A stretch of DNA of 64,000 nt from an uncultured Gammaproteobacteria bacterium (GCA_964588165.1 CAZPMS010000002.1:15951-79950); one strand, 5' to 3'; numbered from the stretch's first letter, positions 35,136 to 46,688 are shown. Program-made: numbers and translations. Notes: generated by a model not told the origin, from the letters alone.

Positions 35136-37727
35136 ATGCCGAAAAAGAAAGAGAATAAAAAAACGAATAAAAAGTCAGTCAAGAAGCCAGTTAAAAAAAC
35201 TCAGCCCAAAGCTGAAAAATCTAAAGCTGAAATTAAGAAGACAGATACTAAAAAAGAGCCTAAACAGCTTTCTGTTTTAGAAAACAATCAGGGCAAAATT
35301 GAAATCCAACCAATCGTAGACGAGATGAAGGTTTCTTATCTTGATTATGCAATGTCTGTAATAGTTTCTAGGGCCCTGCCGGATGTTAGAGACGGCCTAA
35401 AACCTGTTCACAGAAGAATTTTATATGCCATGTGGAGCTTGGGTTTAAAAGCCGGAGCAAAATTCCGCAAGTCAGCTACAGTTGTTGGTGAAGTTTTGGG
35501 CAAATACCACCCCCATGGAGATACGGCGGTTTATGATTCTATGGTTAGAATGGCCCAGGATTTTGCTATGCGCTATCCTTTGGTTAACGGCCAGGGAAAT
35601 TTTGGATCCATGGATGGTGATGGCGCTGCAGCTATGCGTTATACCGAGGCTAAACTAACCCATCTTTCTGAAGAATTAATATACGATTTAGAAAAAGATA
35701 CGGTAGATTTTGTTCCTAATTATGATGGTTCCCAATCTGAACCAACAGTATTACCTGCTAAGCTGCCAAATCTTTTATTAAACGGCTCTGTGGGCATTGC
35801 TGTTGGCATGGCAACCAATATTCCGCCCCATAATTTAACTGAATTAATAAACGGCATCAGCCATTTAATAGATAAGCCAAATGCTTCTACAGAGGATTTA
35901 ATGCAGTTTATTACCGGTCCCGATTTCCCAACAGGAGCTACTATCTATAATATAGAAGATATTAAAACAGCTTACGCTACAGGCAAGGGATCGATTGTTA
36001 TGCGGGCCAACGCGGAAATCACCGAAGGCAAAGGCAGCAGCTTTAGGGTTATAGTTTCGGAAATTCCTTATCAAGTTAATAAGGCCAATTTATTGGAAAA
36101 AATAGCTGATCTGGTTAAAACTAAAAAAATTGACGGCATTAGGGATTTAAGGGATGAATCAGATAAAGATGGCGTAAGGATTGTTATTGATCTTAAAAAA
36201 GAAGCTTATCCTAAAAAAGTTTTAAATGCTTTGTACAAGCATACCCAACTTCAGGATACTTTCCATGTAAATTTATTGGCCTTAGTAGATGGAATTCAGC
36301 CAAAAGTTTTAAGCTTAAAGACCGTTTTGGAAGAATATATAAAACATAGAAAAGATGTGGTTACCCGTCGGACCCAATTCGAGTTGAATAAAGCCAAAGA
36401 TAGGGCCCATATTTTGGAAGGCTTGGTAATGGCCTTGGAAGATATTGATAAAATCATCACTACCATTAAAAAGTCTAAAGATAAAGAAGACGCTAAAGCT
36501 AATTTAATCAAAAAGTTTAAACTGTCAGAGCGTCAGGCCGTAGCTATTCTAGAAATGAAGCTGCAGCAGCTGGCTAATCTGGAAAGGTTAAGGGTAGAAG
36601 AGGAATTAAAGGAAAAGAAAAAACTTATAAAAGAACTTACTGCTATATTAAAAGACCCTAAAAAGGTTTTAGGAATTATTAAAGATGAGCTGGCTGAAAT
36701 TAAAGAAAAATACGGCGACGGCCGAAGAACCAAGGTAGTTAAAGGAGCCATCGGCCAGTTTACCACCGAAGATTTAATTCCTAACGAACCGGCAGTGGTT
36801 ATGGTTACCAATGATGGCTATATTAAACGTTTACCACCAGATACCTTTAAGGTCCAATCCAGAGGCGGCAAAGGCGTTATTGGCGCTACTACCAAAGAAG
36901 AAGATATTATAGAACATTTATTTACTACCAATACCCATGCCGATTTAATGTTTTTTACTTCCAGGGGCCGCTTGTTCCAATTAAAGGCTTATGAAATTCC
37001 GCAAACCACCAGAACCGCCAAAGGCCAGGCCATTGTAAACTTTTTGCAACTGGCGCCAGAAGAAAAAGTTTCGGCTGTTTTATCTACAGAAGATATATCC
37101 GCCTTTAAACATTTGGTGATGGTTACTAAAAAAGGCTTAATTAAAAAAGTTGATATAGAAAAATTTAAAAATGTAAGGCGTTCCGGTTTAATCGCCATTA
37201 AATTAAAAGAAGACGATTTATTAGAATGGGTTAAACCTTCAAGCGGTAAGGATAATATAATTTTAGTTACGGCCCAGGGGCAAGCTATAAGATTTAAAGA
37301 AAAAGACGTTAGAGAAATGGGCAGGGGCGCTGCCGGTGTAAGGGGCATTAAAATTAAAAAATCGGGTGACGAAGTAGTAGGTATGGATATTTTATATGAT
37401 GGCAAGGCCGGTCCGGATGAACAGCTACTTGTGGTAATGAGGAACGGTTTTGGCAAACGAACAGCCCTTAAGGAATATAAAGTCCAGGGCAGGGGCGGTA
37501 CAGGCGTTAAAACGGCTTCCGTTACAGAAAAAACCGGCCGGATAGAATCTGCCTTTATTGTTAACGCCAAGCTCACCAACGAAGATATTATTGTAATTTC
37601 TGATAAGGGCCAGGTTATTAGATTGCCTTTAAAGTCAGTTTCAAAAATTGGCCGGGCTACCCAAGGTGTTAGGTTAATGAAGTTTAAGGAAAAAGGCGAT
37701 AAGGTTGCTTCGGTAACGTTTGTTTAA
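35136..37727 (+). CDS. gyrA: DNA gyrase subunit A with an N-terminal Lys-rich extension of about 45 aa.
   Basis: [33 protein letters not shown]. Active-site Tyr region. C-terminal beta-pinwheel repeats. The N-terminus is [21 protein letters not shown]. Confidence 0.9.
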   Translation: MPKKKENKKTNKKSVKKPVKKTQPKAEKSKAEIKKTDTKKEPKQLSVLENNQGKIEIQPIVDEMKVSYLDYAMSVIVSRALPDVRDGLKPVHRRILYAMWSLGLKAGAKFRKSATVVGEVLGKYHPHGDTAVYDSMVRMAQDFAMRYPLVNGQGNFGSMDGDGAAAMRYTEAKLTHLSEELIYDLEKDTVDFVPNYDGSQSEPTVLPAKLPNLLLNGSVGIAVGMATNIPPHNLTELINGISHLIDKPNASTEDLMQFITGPDFPTGATIYNIEDIKTAYATGKGSIVMRANAEITEGKGSSFRVIVSEIPYQVNKANLLEKIADLVKTKKIDGIRDLRDESDKDGVRIVIDLKKEAYPKKVLNALYKHTQLQDTFHVNLLALVDGIQPKVLSLKTVLEEYIKHRKDVVTRRTQFELNKAKDRAHILEGLVMALEDIDKIITTIKKSKDKEDAKANLIKKFKLSERQAVAILEMKLQQLANLERLRVEEELKEKKKLIKELTAILKDPKKVLGIIKDELAEIKEKYGDGRRTKVVKGAIGQFTTEDLIPNEPAVVMVTNDGYIKRLPPDTFKVQSRGGKGVIGATTKEEDIIEHLFTTNTHADLMFFTSRGRLFQLKAYEIPQTTRTAKGQAIVNFLQLAPEEKVSAVLSTEDISAFKHLVMVTKKGLIKKVDIEKFKNVRRSGLIAIKLKEDDLLEWVKPSSGKDNIILVTAQGQAIRFKEKDVREMGRGAAGVRGIKIKKSGDEVVGMDILYDGKAGPDEQLLVVMRNGFGKRTALKEYKVQGRGGTGVKTASVTEKTGRIESAFIVNAKLTNEDIIVISDKGQVIRLPLKSVSKIGRATQGVRLMKFKEKGDKVASVTFV

Positions 37728-37749
37728 ATTTATATTTTGATTTATCGGT

Positions 37750-37782
37750 AGCCCGCCGAATCGGCGGGCTACTTTTGTCTAC
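37750..37782 (+). terminator. Intrinsic terminator after gyrA
   Basis: gtagcccgccgaatcggcgggctac followed by ttttgtc. Confidence 0.7.
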
Positions 37783-37840
37783 ATTAGTCTTGTCAATAAA
37801 TAAAGAATATGGTAGTTTTTTAAAACGATTACAATTAATC

Positions 37841-37908
37841 GTGTATCGTATATCGCGTGTCTTATATCAGGTTACACGCTATACGTCACACGTTACACGA
37901 CCAAAAAT
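37841..37908. repeat. Repeat family D copy. It includes the perfect palindrome acgattacaattaatcgt and 'gctatacgtcacacgttacacg', directly upstream of the Nif3-like gene.
   Basis: See 1521-1571. Confidence 0.5.
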
Positions 37909-38919
37909 ATGTTAACTTTAAAACAAATTTACAAATTAGCCATAGAATTAGGCATAAAAAATGACCTTAGGGGCCAAAAAATGGTTAAAGATAAATTAAC
38001 CAGAGTTAAAGTAAAATATAATAAACTTTCTGATGAACAAAAGAAGAATTTTGATGAAGAAAAATTGTTCAACCCTTTTTCTGATACCAGAATTTTTGGT
38101 GATGAGGGCAGGAAAGTTAAGAGAGTTTTAGCCGGAATAGATATGGAAACAGGTGAAGTAATGCTAGCCAATAAACTTAGTGAATCTAAACCAATTGATT
38201 TAATAATAGGCCACCACCCAATTGGCAAAGCTTTAGCCGGTTTGGATGAAGTAATGGCCTTGCAGGCCGAAGTTTTAGCCGGTTATGGCGTGCCTATAAA
38301 CATCGGAGAAAGTTTAACAGAAAAGAGAATGAGTGAAGTTTCCCGTGGAGTTTCTTCGGCTAACCATTATCAAGCAATTGATGCAGCCAAGCTTTTAGAT
38401 ATAGATATGATGTGCGTACATACTCCGGCCGATAATATGGTGGCTAATTTTTTAGCTAAAGAAATTAAAAAGAATAGATCAAAACTGGTTTATGTAGAAG
38501 ATATTTTAAATTTATTAAAGAAGATTCCGGAATATAAGGAAGGTTTAAAAAACGGCGCCGGCCCCAGATTGTTTACCGGCAAGCCTAATAGGTATTGTGG
38601 CAAAATAGCCGTAACTGAAATTACCGGCGGAACAAGCGGGCATAAAGATATTTATAAACATATGGCAGATGCCGGCATCGGTACTATTGTAGCTATGCAT
38701 ATGAGAGAAGAACATAGGGAAGAGGCGGAAAAAGCCCACTTAAATATTGTTATTGCCGGCCATATGGCTTCTGATTCCTTAGGCATGAATTTATTTTTGG
38801 ATGAACTAACCAAGAAGGGAATTGAGGTAGTAACATGTTCCGGATTAATCAGGTATTCTCGAGTTAAAAAATCAGTTTCCAAAAAGAAAAAAGTTTCTAA
38901 GAAAAGAAAAAAGAAATAG
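37909..38919 (+). CDS. Nif3 family (YqfO/YbgI-like) dinuclear metal-centre protein with a K-rich tail.
   Basis: LIIGHHPIG...VHTPADN...IAGHMASDSLG. C-terminus KKSVSKKKKVSKKRKKK. Confidence 0.75.
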   Translation: MLTLKQIYKLAIELGIKNDLRGQKMVKDKLTRVKVKYNKLSDEQKKNFDEEKLFNPFSDTRIFGDEGRKVKRVLAGIDMETGEVMLANKLSESKPIDLIIGHHPIGKALAGLDEVMALQAEVLAGYGVPINIGESLTEKRMSEVSRGVSSANHYQAIDAAKLLDIDMMCVHTPADNMVANFLAKEIKKNRSKLVYVEDILNLLKKIPEYKEGLKNGAGPRLFTGKPNRYCGKIAVTEITGGTSGHKDIYKHMADAGIGTIVAMHMREEHREEAEKAHLNIVIAGHMASDSLGMNLFLDELTKKGIEVVTCSGLIRYSRVKKSVSKKKKVSKKRKKK

Positions 38920-38997
38920 TATTTAAAATTTAAGATAAGAAAAGCCGTTCTATTTTAGAACGGTTTTTTGAATAGTGAAGATAATCGTGGCTTGAGG

Positions 38998-39255
38998 CTA
39001 TGTGGCAAAACCACGTTTTTTTCTGGATTTTTCAAGCCGCGATGATTGGAGGGTTAAGCGACAGTGGTTAAAGAAACAGATTAGAATCCCAAAGAAAAGG
39101 ATAAGGAAGAAGTTTTTCCAGTTAGTTTTTCCTCTCATTTTTTTAGCTAAACGTTTGTCTGGCCAAACCGAATAAATAGCTGAGCCAAGCTGGAATGAAA
39201 AAATCAAAATCGCTATGGCAATTAACACTGGGGTCCAATCCATTCCTTCCTCCAA
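38998..39255 (-). CDS. Small hypothetical membrane protein
   Basis: 85 aa with two hydrophobic helices. Confidence 0.3.
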   Translation of the reverse strand: MEEGMDWTPVLIAIAILIFSFQLGSAIYSVWPDKRLAKKMRGKTNWKNFFLILFFGILICFFNHCRLTLQSSRLEKSRKKRGFAT

Positions 39256-39479
39256 TCTATATTAATGAGCGTACGTTTATTTAATTTTATTATTTGCCAA
39301 ACCATTGGTCAATGGGGATAAATAAAAAGGACCTTAAATTAAAGGTCCTGGAGTTTTGGGTCGTATTGCTTTCTCACTGGCTTTAATATTCAACATCGAA
39401 GTAAGCCTTGAATATTTTCTGGCCAGCCAGTAGCAAAGGCGAAGAAAGCTGGAAAGAGTAGGTATAGCCAATCTTGAGA

Positions 39480-39686
39480 TCATGATGCACCCCTTGCTAA
39501 TGGCCGTTTTAGTTTCCTGTCTAAAGCGTCAAAACAAATCATGATGGGAAACATCGGCCAAGCTACTGAAGAAAAAGAGATTTCTGAAATGCTTGATTTG
39601 TATTTTTTTCTATCCTTAAGGCCAGAAATAAAAAGCAATGAGCCAATAAGGGTATAGATGGCAAATACAAATCTGCGCCAATTCAT
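39480..39686 (-). CDS. Small hypothetical membrane protein
   Basis: 68 aa, N-terminal TM. Confidence 0.3.
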   Translation of the reverse strand: MNWRRFVFAIYTLIGSLLFISGLKDRKKYKSSISEISFSSVAWPMFPIMICFDALDRKLKRPLARGAS

Positions 39687-39791
39687 TTTTAAACCTCCTG
39701 ATGTAAAATGGCTATTTTAATCACTTTATTACTAGTTAGGCTATTAGTCAAGTGGGATAAAATTGATTTTTAAGATTAAAAATGATAATCT

Positions 39792-40820
39792 TTGATTATG
39801 CCAGATGAACGACTTATAACGGCTAAAGAAAAGCCGGACGATAAAAATTTAGATTTAACCTTAAGGCCCAGAGAACTGGTGGAGTATTTTGGCCAGCAAA
39901 AAATAAAGGACAATCTGGAAATTTTTATGAAAGCGGCCAAACAAAGAAAAGAGCCAATTGAACACGTTTTATTATATGGCCCGCCAGGTTTAGGAAAAAC
40001 AACCTTAGCCCACATTATTGCCAAAGAAATGAATGGTAATATAAGGGTGACTTCTGGCCCGGCCATAGAGCGGGCCGGAGATTTAGCTGCTATTTTAACC
40101 AATTTAGAAGATGGCGATGTTTTATTTATTGATGAAATCCACCGGTTGAATAAAGTAATAGAGGAGGTTTTATATCCGGCAATGGAAGATTATGCTTTAG
40201 ATATTATTATTGGTAAAGGCCCTTCGGCCAGAACCCTGCGGTTGGATTTGCCAAAGTTTACCATTATTGGAGCCACCACCCGCTATAATCTATTATCTTC
40301 ACCCCTAAGAGATAGGTTCGGCTCAACTTATAGATTGGATTATTATAATCATGATGAAATTGAGCAGATTATTGAGCGCAGTTCAAAAATACTTTCGGTA
40401 GAGGTTATTAATGAAGCTGCCAAACTAATTGCTGAACGTTCCAGGTTAACCCCCAGAATTGCTAATCGCTTGTTAAAAAGAGTTAGAGATTACGTTCAAG
40501 TTAAAGGTGATGGTAAAATTACCCCAGAACTGGCTAAAGAAGCTTTGGAGCTTATGGATGTTGATCATCAGGGCCTTGATGCTTTGGATAGAAGGATATT
40601 AGAAAATATAATTGAAAAATTTAATGGCGGTCCAGTTGGGGTAAGTTCAATAGCTGCCGCGGTTCAGGAAGAAGAGGGCACTATTGAAGAAATTTATGAG
40701 CCTTATTTAATGCAGTTGGGCTTTATAGTCCGTACGCCTCGTGGCCGTGTAGTAACTGAAGCTGGCTATAAACATCTTGGATTAGAAGTACCGAGTGAGT
40801 TGCAGTCGAAATTAATATAA
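39792..40820 (+). CDS. ruvB: Holliday junction branch-migration helicase RuvB
   Basis: [20 protein letters not shown]. Sensor motifs and a winged-helix C-terminus. Confidence 0.9.
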   Translation: MIMPDERLITAKEKPDDKNLDLTLRPRELVEYFGQQKIKDNLEIFMKAAKQRKEPIEHVLLYGPPGLGKTTLAHIIAKEMNGNIRVTSGPAIERAGDLAAILTNLEDGDVLFIDEIHRLNKVIEEVLYPAMEDYALDIIIGKGPSARTLRLDLPKFTIIGATTRYNLLSSPLRDRFGSTYRLDYYNHDEIEQIIERSSKILSVEVINEAAKLIAERSRLTPRIANRLLKRVRDYVQVKGDGKITPELAKEALELMDVDHQGLDALDRRILENIIEKFNGGPVGVSSIAAAVQEEEGTIEEIYEPYLMQLGFIVRTPRGRVVTEAGYKHLGLEVPSELQSKLI

Positions 40821-40974
40821 TTCTTTTTATGTACTTTTTGGCGGCAAAAAGTACCAAAAACCGCTGGGGACGCCAAATAGCTCTCAGCTCTATTAAACTA
40901 TAACTATTTTGTCTTGGCGCTATGCGTCGCCCCCAGACCCCCAGCCCTCTATTTATTTTTAGATATTTTAAATT

Positions 40975-41508
40975 ATGGGAAAATTATTATTACATGTTTG
41001 CTGCGGACCTTGTGCTATATATGTAGCTAAAAAATTGTCACAAGATTATCGGGTGACCTTGTTTTTTTATAACCCTAATATTCATCCCAAAGAAGAATAT
41101 GATAGACGCTTAGCTACGGTTAAAAAATGGGCAGTCAAAGAAGGTTATAATCTAATTGAGGGCCGGTTTAACAAAGATGATTGGTTTAAAAAAGTTGAAG
41201 GCTTAGAAAATGAACCAGAAGGCGGTGCCAGATGCCCAGTTTGTTTCCAGATGCGTTTAAATGAAGCGGCTAAGCATGCTAAAGAAAAAGATTTTGAAAT
41301 TTTAGCTTCTACCTTAACTATTGGCCGTAATAAAAAAGCGGATATTATTAATCCGATAGGAGCTAATATTGCCAAACAATATGGTTTGGAATTTATAGAA
41401 GAAGACTGGAAAAAGAAAGGCGGCCAACAAGAGGCTTGCCGGCTATCAAATGAGGAAGATTTCTACCGGCAAAATTATTGCGGCTGTAAATTTTCTATTA
41501 GAAAATAA
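40975..41508 (+). CDS. queH: Epoxyqueuosine reductase QueH (DUF208)
   Basis: LLLHVCCGPCA N-terminal motif. C-terminal YCGC. Confidence 0.75.
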   Translation: MGKLLLHVCCGPCAIYVAKKLSQDYRVTLFFYNPNIHPKEEYDRRLATVKKWAVKEGYNLIEGRFNKDDWFKKVEGLENEPEGGARCPVCFQMRLNEAAKHAKEKDFEILASTLTIGRNKKADIINPIGANIAKQYGLEFIEEDWKKKGGQQEACRLSNEEDFYRQNYCGCKFSIRK

Positions 41509-41513
41509 AAGTT

Positions 41514-43490
41514 TTAATTACTAAACCTATTTAGAAATTCTAACATCATGCTACCAAGTGGTTGATAGAAAACATGTTCACCATCTTCCAATTTATAGAA
41601 TTCAGTGGGCACCAAACAACTTTGATGAACCCAATAATCAACACTGGTAACAGGAGAGCTATTAATAAGTGCCTGGACTGATGGAGTGCTAATATCAAGA
41701 TTTTTTTCTACGGACGTGCATTGATGGGCATCGGCGTAATAATTGGAAGCTACTTCTGCTGTAGGCATTTCACCAGGTGCTGGAGATTCTCCTTCGTAAA
41801 GATATATTGAAGTTTGGTCATTAGTGGAATGAAACCGGATAATTGGAATAGCATCTTTTTGGCCGGCAGCTATTGCCGTATCATAAGCCAAGAAATCGCT
41901 ACCTGGTCCGCCACAACCGCCAACGGCCATGGCTATAATATCATTTCTGGTTAAAGCCATATGTTGGGCTTGGGCACAGCCATAAGAAAAGCCGCCAGCA
42001 AAAATTTTATCAATATAAAAGCTGCTTTCTAAATTATTTACTATTATATCTATAAAACTGTCATCATCAGGCATTCTCATTTGGGCATAACAGCCCCTAT
42101 CATCAATCGGTTCTTGCCCTGGGCGGGTATTCCAACAGGTTAAGCCAATTTGAGCATCATTGGTAAAACGATTATCAACCAGTTGGTTATTAGACCGTCC
42201 CATGCCTTGAGGGTAAACAACTATAAAGTTACCTTGCTGGTCAGCAATTTCATCAAATTGATGGCTTAATTGTTGTTGGGCCGTGCCTCCCTTGCCATGA
42301 TACCAGAAAAGAACATCATAATGTAAATTAGGATTAAAGTTTGTTGGTAGGTGAATATAATAAGACCTTTCTACAGTAGTATTGCCTGTAAAATTAGTCA
42401 TTTGGTCGTCAAACTCTATGGTAATAAGGTGGGTACCGGCACTTAAAAGGTTACATTGTCCTTGGTTGCATTCAAAATGTTCTTGGCAGCTTTGAGTTTC
42501 GCCCCATTCCGTACAGCCATCGCCATTATAATCGCCACAGGCTTGATAACCTTCACCAGAGCATTGGGTTTCATTTATACTACATTCATCAAAACATTGT
42601 GGGGGGTCTAAAGTACAGTTGCCATCTTGGCAGCTATATAAACAATTAGATATCTCACCCCATTCCGTACATCCATTACCGTCATAATCGCCACAGGTTT
42701 GATAACCTTCGCCTGAACATTGAGTATCATACAAATTACATTCATTAGTGCAATCAAATCCACCATCTCCCATTGGGTAAGCGATTTCATTTTCTAAAAC
42801 AGTGATAGGCACACCATCAGTATAGATGGAAAGATCAGGAACAACTATAGTGCTACTGAAAAGTCTGTTGGCAATCATGCCAGCATTAGTAACAAGACGT
42901 TTTGTTGAACCTTCAATATAATAGATCTGTGGGCTATGATAACCTTCTTGAACCAGGGTGCCCGTTGGATAGGTAGAAGAACTGGTTAAAGGAGCGCTGG
43001 ATGAATAGTTGGCAGCTAAATAGTTTGGCAATGGAATAATCATGCTTTCCCAGTTGGCACCATATAATAATGCTGCAGTATCTGCTGAATCAATGGCATG
43101 GGTTGCGCCATTGGGGCCGACAGCATAAACTTCCGGAGTGTTAGAAACATTCCAGGTGCCATCGCCTAAAACTTCAACATATTGAATAAGTTTTGTACCT
43201 TGTCTTACAACCACGGTAGAACCCAGGGTATAGCTGACCATTTCATCGGTTGGGACAGTTTTTAAACTATTAAAGTCTGGATACCATGTAACATATTCTC
43301 TCTCATGGTGGAATGGATGTTTAACTAAATTTGAATCCAAATAATAAACTGCCGGAGAGGAATCGGATTTAATTAAATCACCGGCTGTGGCAACATTAGC
43401 TTTAGCTATATTAATGGCAACCATAGTGCCCCAAACAGCAGCAGATGCCACTATTGAGATTAAGAACGATTTTTTTATGAAGTTACTCAT
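41514..43490 (-). CDS. Secreted esterase of the PHB-depolymerase family (alpha/beta hydrolase) with duplicated Cys-rich modules.
   Basis: Signal/anchor present. Two copies of C..EC...(D/E)TQCSGEGYQ(T/A)CGDY(D/N)G(N/D)GCTEWGE. C-terminal FWYHGKGG...GFSYGC (GxSxG). Confidence 0.6.
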   Translation of the reverse strand: MSNFIKKSFLISIVASAAVWGTMVAINIAKANVATAGDLIKSDSSPAVYYLDSNLVKHPFHHEREYVTWYPDFNSLKTVPTDEMVSYTLGSTVVVRQGTKLIQYVEVLGDGTWNVSNTPEVYAVGPNGATHAIDSADTAALLYGANWESMIIPLPNYLAANYSSSAPLTSSSTYPTGTLVQEGYHSPQIYYIEGSTKRLVTNAGMIANRLFSSTIVVPDLSIYTDGVPITVLENEIAYPMGDGGFDCTNECNLYDTQCSGEGYQTCGDYDGNGCTEWGEISNCLYSCQDGNCTLDPPQCFDECSINETQCSGEGYQACGDYNGDGCTEWGETQSCQEHFECNQGQCNLLSAGTHLITIEFDDQMTNFTGNTTVERSYYIHLPTNFNPNLHYDVLFWYHGKGGTAQQQLSHQFDEIADQQGNFIVVYPQGMGRSNNQLVDNRFTNDAQIGLTCWNTRPGQEPIDDRGCYAQMRMPDDDSFIDIIVNNLESSFYIDKIFAGGFSYGCAQAQHMALTRNDIIAMAVGGCGGPGSDFLAYDTAIAAGQKDAIPIIRFHSTNDQTSIYLYEGESPAPGEMPTAEVASNYYADAHQCTSVEKNLDISTPSVQALINSSPVTSVDYWVHQSCLVPTEFYKLEDGEHVFYQPLGSMMLEFLNRFSN

Positions 43491-43673
43491 ATTTTTTTAA
43501 AAAATTGTTTTAATATTTAAAATAGAGAATAAAATAAAAATGGCTCGTCTGGCATCCTCCTAAATAAAGCCATTAGTTATTAAATTATAAAATTATTGGT
43601 CTTTTATGTCAAAGAGTTATTGTATTAAATGAAAGCAAAAATAAAAAAACCTGCATCTTTTTAGAAGCAGGTT

Positions 43674-44462
43674 TTATGGTTGGTACAGTTTGTTAGCTCG
43701 GTGGCAATCTTCTAGGTTACCAAGGTCAAAGCGGTTTTTAATTTCAAAACCCTGGATCGGATGTTTCTGTTCTACCAGCCATTGGATAAAGTGGGCGTAG
43801 CCAGTTTTTGGATTTTCTCGGGTAAACTTTGCAAACAAAGGCAAAGTGGATTTTTTGAGAATAAAGATTGAAGGAAAAGCCTTAAGAGTTTTGGGCTCAA
43901 CGGGTTTTTCTTGAAAATCAATCAAATATCCACCTTCAAAAATCAGATTGCCACGTTTGCGCATCATTTCCAATGAAGATTCCTGATAAAAGGCGACAAT
44001 GTCATGTTCAGTCTGGCTGTTTAGAGCCAAGAGCCCGGAAATATCGCCATTAAACAAAGTGTCGCCGGCAATTACCAAGATATCATCATCAATTTCGGTC
44101 TGGCTAATGGCCAAATTTATAGCTGCGCAGCTTTCCAAGCGGGTTTCGTTGGTTAGTTTTCCATCACAAATCAAATTGCTTAAAGGGAAACCGAATTGTT
44201 TGGCCCATTGCTGGAAGAATTCCAAAAAAGCTTGATTGGTTACTACATAGATGTTGTTTACCTCAACACCAAGTTTGGTAAGTTTGTTGATGGAATGTTC
44301 AAGCGCCGGCGTTCCTTTAATGGGAACCAAGGCTTTGGCCACGCCAATGTTTGGTTTACTTACTTTGATTATTTCTCCAGCAAGTCGATTACTGGAATTG
44401 CTGGAAAAAATATCATCATGTATCCTGGTTCCAAAACCGCCTACTGGGAAGATTATCCTCAT
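43674..44462 (-). CDS. Sugar-phosphate nucleotidyltransferase (NTP_transferase family).
   Basis: MRIIFPVGGFGTRI (compare G-G-x-G-T-R). ...VIAGDTLF. Confidence 0.65.
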   Translation of the reverse strand: MRIIFPVGGFGTRIHDDIFSSNSSNRLAGEIIKVSKPNIGVAKALVPIKGTPALEHSINKLTKLGVEVNNIYVVTNQAFLEFFQQWAKQFGFPLSNLICDGKLTNETRLESCAAINLAISQTEIDDDILVIAGDTLFNGDISGLLALNSQTEHDIVAFYQESSLEMMRKRGNLIFEGGYLIDFQEKPVEPKTLKAFPSIFILKKSTLPLFAKFTRENPKTGYAHFIQWLVEQKHPIQGFEIKNRFDLGNLEDCHRANKLYQP

Positions 44463-44575
44463 ATCGCACTCCTAGTGTTAATGATCTTTTAGCTAATATT
44501 ACTTATTTTGAAAAATCTGTCAATTGCTAATAAATTTTAAAAAATGCTATAATTGGATTTATATAATAATATAAA

Positions 44576-44631
44576 TTCCTCGGCTCGAAATAATAAAGTA
44601 AACTTATATTATTTCTCGCTCTACGTCATTT
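44576..44631. repeat. Repeat family E copy, immediately upstream of queA
   Basis: aattcctcggctcgaaataataaagtaaacttatattatttctcgctctacgtc, compared with 32941-32998. Confidence 0.6.
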
Positions 44632-45669
44632 ATGAAGCTTTCAGATTTTGATTACAAATTACCCAAACAGCTTATTGCTCATAAACCGGCCAGCCCGCGT
44701 GATAATTCCAGGCTGATGGTTTTAGATCGCCAATCAAAAAAGATTGAACATAAGCATTTTTTTGATATTGTAGATTATTTAAATAAAGGCGATGTTTTGG
44801 TTTTGAATAATACTAAGGTATTTCCGGCTCGTCTTATCGGCCAGCGTTATAAAACCGGCGGTAAAGTGGAAGTTTTCCTTTTGAAAAAAGTTGGATCGAG
44901 CTCAGCTCGATGGGAAGTGTTAATTGGGAACAGAAGAAAAAAAATTGGTCAAATAATTGAATTTGGCAAAGGTTTGGAATGTGAAATTGTAAAGCAAATT
45001 GATGAATCAGTCTGGCAGGTTAAGTTTAATAAATCGGGCAGTCAACTAGAAAAAGTTATTGATCAAATCGGTGAAGTTCCTACTCCACCTTATATTAAAA
45101 TTAAAGATAAAAAGACTAAAAGATTGAAAGATTTATATCAAACAGTTTATGCAGAGCATCGTGGGTCAGTAGCGGCGCCTACGGCTGGGTTTCATTTTAC
45201 AAAACCTTTAATCAACAAATTAAAAAAGAAGGGCGTTCAATTTGAATATGTTACGCTCCATGTTGGTTTTGGAACTTTTGAAGAAGTTAGAGTGAATAAT
45301 ATTAAAAAGCACAAAATGCATTCAGAATTCGCAAAAATAGACGCAAAGACCACAAAAAATTTAAATAATGCAAAAAAAGAAAGTAGGCGGGTAATATCAG
45401 TCGGCACAACCTCAACCAGAGTTCTTGAAGCTTTTAGTAGTAAAGGAAAAATTAAAGCTCAAAGCAAGTGGGTAGATATTTTTATTTACCCAGGCTATAA
45501 GTTTAAATTTATTGATGGGTTGATAACAAATTTTCATTTGCCCAAATCAAGTTTAATAATGTTAGTAAGTGCTTTAGCTGGTCGTCAACTTATTCTCAAG
45601 GCTTACAAGACTGCTGTCAGTAAAAAGTACCGTTTTTATTCTTTTGGCGACAGTATGTTTATTTTTTAA
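44632..45669 (+). CDS. queA: S-adenosylmethionine:tRNA ribosyltransferase-isomerase QueA. It carries an in-frame family F palindrome at 44895-44913.
   Basis: MKLSDFDYKLPKQLIAHKP...RLMVL. VLNNTKVFPARL. C-terminal TNFHLPKSSL. Confidence 0.85.
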   Translation: MKLSDFDYKLPKQLIAHKPASPRDNSRLMVLDRQSKKIEHKHFFDIVDYLNKGDVLVLNNTKVFPARLIGQRYKTGGKVEVFLLKKVGSSSARWEVLIGNRRKKIGQIIEFGKGLECEIVKQIDESVWQVKFNKSGSQLEKVIDQIGEVPTPPYIKIKDKKTKRLKDLYQTVYAEHRGSVAAPTAGFHFTKPLINKLKKKGVQFEYVTLHVGFGTFEEVRVNNIKKHKMHSEFAKIDAKTTKNLNNAKKESRRVISVGTTSTRVLEAFSSKGKIKAQSKWVDIFIYPGYKFKFIDGLITNFHLPKSSLIMLVSALAGRQLILKAYKTAVSKKYRFYSFGDSMFIF

Positions 45670-45764
45670 GATAACAAAAACCCCGCAATAATGCGAAGGC
45701 TTTTGTTTTTATTTTTATTTCAATTCCGTTGACGTTTTTTAAATGTACATATTAATCGAAAAGT

Positions 45765-45795
45765 GGACCCCGCTGCTCGCGAGCGGCAGGGGTGG
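45765..45795. repeat. Palindrome family A copy 1 (ccccgctgctcgcgagcggcagggg), intergenic.
   Basis: The core gctcgcgagc is perfectly palindromic. Other copies are at 46275-46304 and 47723-47747. Confidence 0.7.
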
Positions 45796-45872
45796 ATAGC
45801 CGATTAACAGTCCCTTTTTATTTAGTCAACGATTTTGATTATTAATTTTTTAAAGTGCTGCAAGTTTTCTTT

Positions 45873-46100
45873 CTATTTGGCCGAATAAAAAGGGTTATCT
45901 TTAAGATAACCGTCATTTATGATTTCACTAATTTGATTTTGATTTATGGTATCAGGCAGAACTGGTAAGTTTTCAGCGGCAACTTTGTTATTTTTTTCAA
46001 AGTTATTTTTTAAAATATTCATTCCGTAAGAAGCTCCGCCAACAATCAGCAGGCAGATAACCAGAGCTAAAACAATATTAATTTCTTTTTTCTTTTTCAT
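45873..46100 (-). CDS. Small secreted or membrane-anchored hypothetical protein
   Basis: 75 aa with an N-terminal signal/TM. Confidence 0.35.
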   Translation of the reverse strand: MKKKKEINIVLALVICLLIVGGASYGMNILKNNFEKNNKVAAENLPVLPDTINQNQISEIINDGYLKDNPFYSAK

Positions 46101-46274
46101 TTTTGTTTTGGAAATTAGACATTAAAAAATGCCTTGAACAAAAACCAAGACATCGCACGAATCAATATTAAATTGGTTTTTGTTTTATTTTGGCCCACCT
46201 TTGCTAAAGCTTCGGCGGATAAATAAGCTATTTTGGCTTACATAAGTAATGATAGCATAAATTTTTAAAAAAGT

Positions 46275-46304
46275 CAACCCAGCTGCTCGCGAGCGGCTGG
46301 GTTG
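46275..46304. repeat. Palindrome family A copy 2 (caacccagctgctcgcgagcggctgggttg).
   Basis: Near-perfect 30-bp palindrome in intergenic DNA. Confidence 0.7.
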
Positions 46305-46688
46305 TTATAAGACGGGGCAAGCTTGTACACACCGTCATACCATACAAAGTGTTGGAATTAATCCAAGTGCTTTGCAGGGTGAAGTCGTTTACCATATGTT
46401 CAAGCAGACCGTTAGCTTGTCTGGAGATTTCAAAATCATTAGCCTGTCTTAGAACATTAAAGAAGTGGCAGCTCCTAGATATTATCACCTCCTATCAGCT
46501 AGTTAGCAGGAAGTAATTCACTTCGGGAGCCTCCTTTGTTAAGTGATCGTTTATTGAGTAGATTAATGGGTAGTCGCGAGGCACCTTCCATTGCCCGTTT
46601 AAGAAATCTACGAAAACCAGAAGAACTTCTACGATTGACACAAATTGAACTTCTGCCGATTGCCATCAAACCTCCATTTGTTAAAAAA

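Noticed and set aside
36296-37579. Three minus-strand ORFs (71, 92 and 196 aa) inside gyrA
   Set aside because: They lie wholly within a well-conserved gyrA reading frame and have low-complexity S/L-rich sequences, so they are antisense artefacts. The same applies to the plus-strand ORFs inside ftsH (30096-31239), the adhesin gene (12402-13212), VanW (3229-4396), valS (23761-24057, 25698-25919) and S1 (31934-33085).
46228-46488. 86-aa minus-strand ORF and the 61/63-aa ORFs at 46536-47060
   Set aside because: There is no RBS and the composition is odd. They overlap the region I interpret as non-coding. Only the plus-strand ORF 46920..47102 has a convincing SD sequence.
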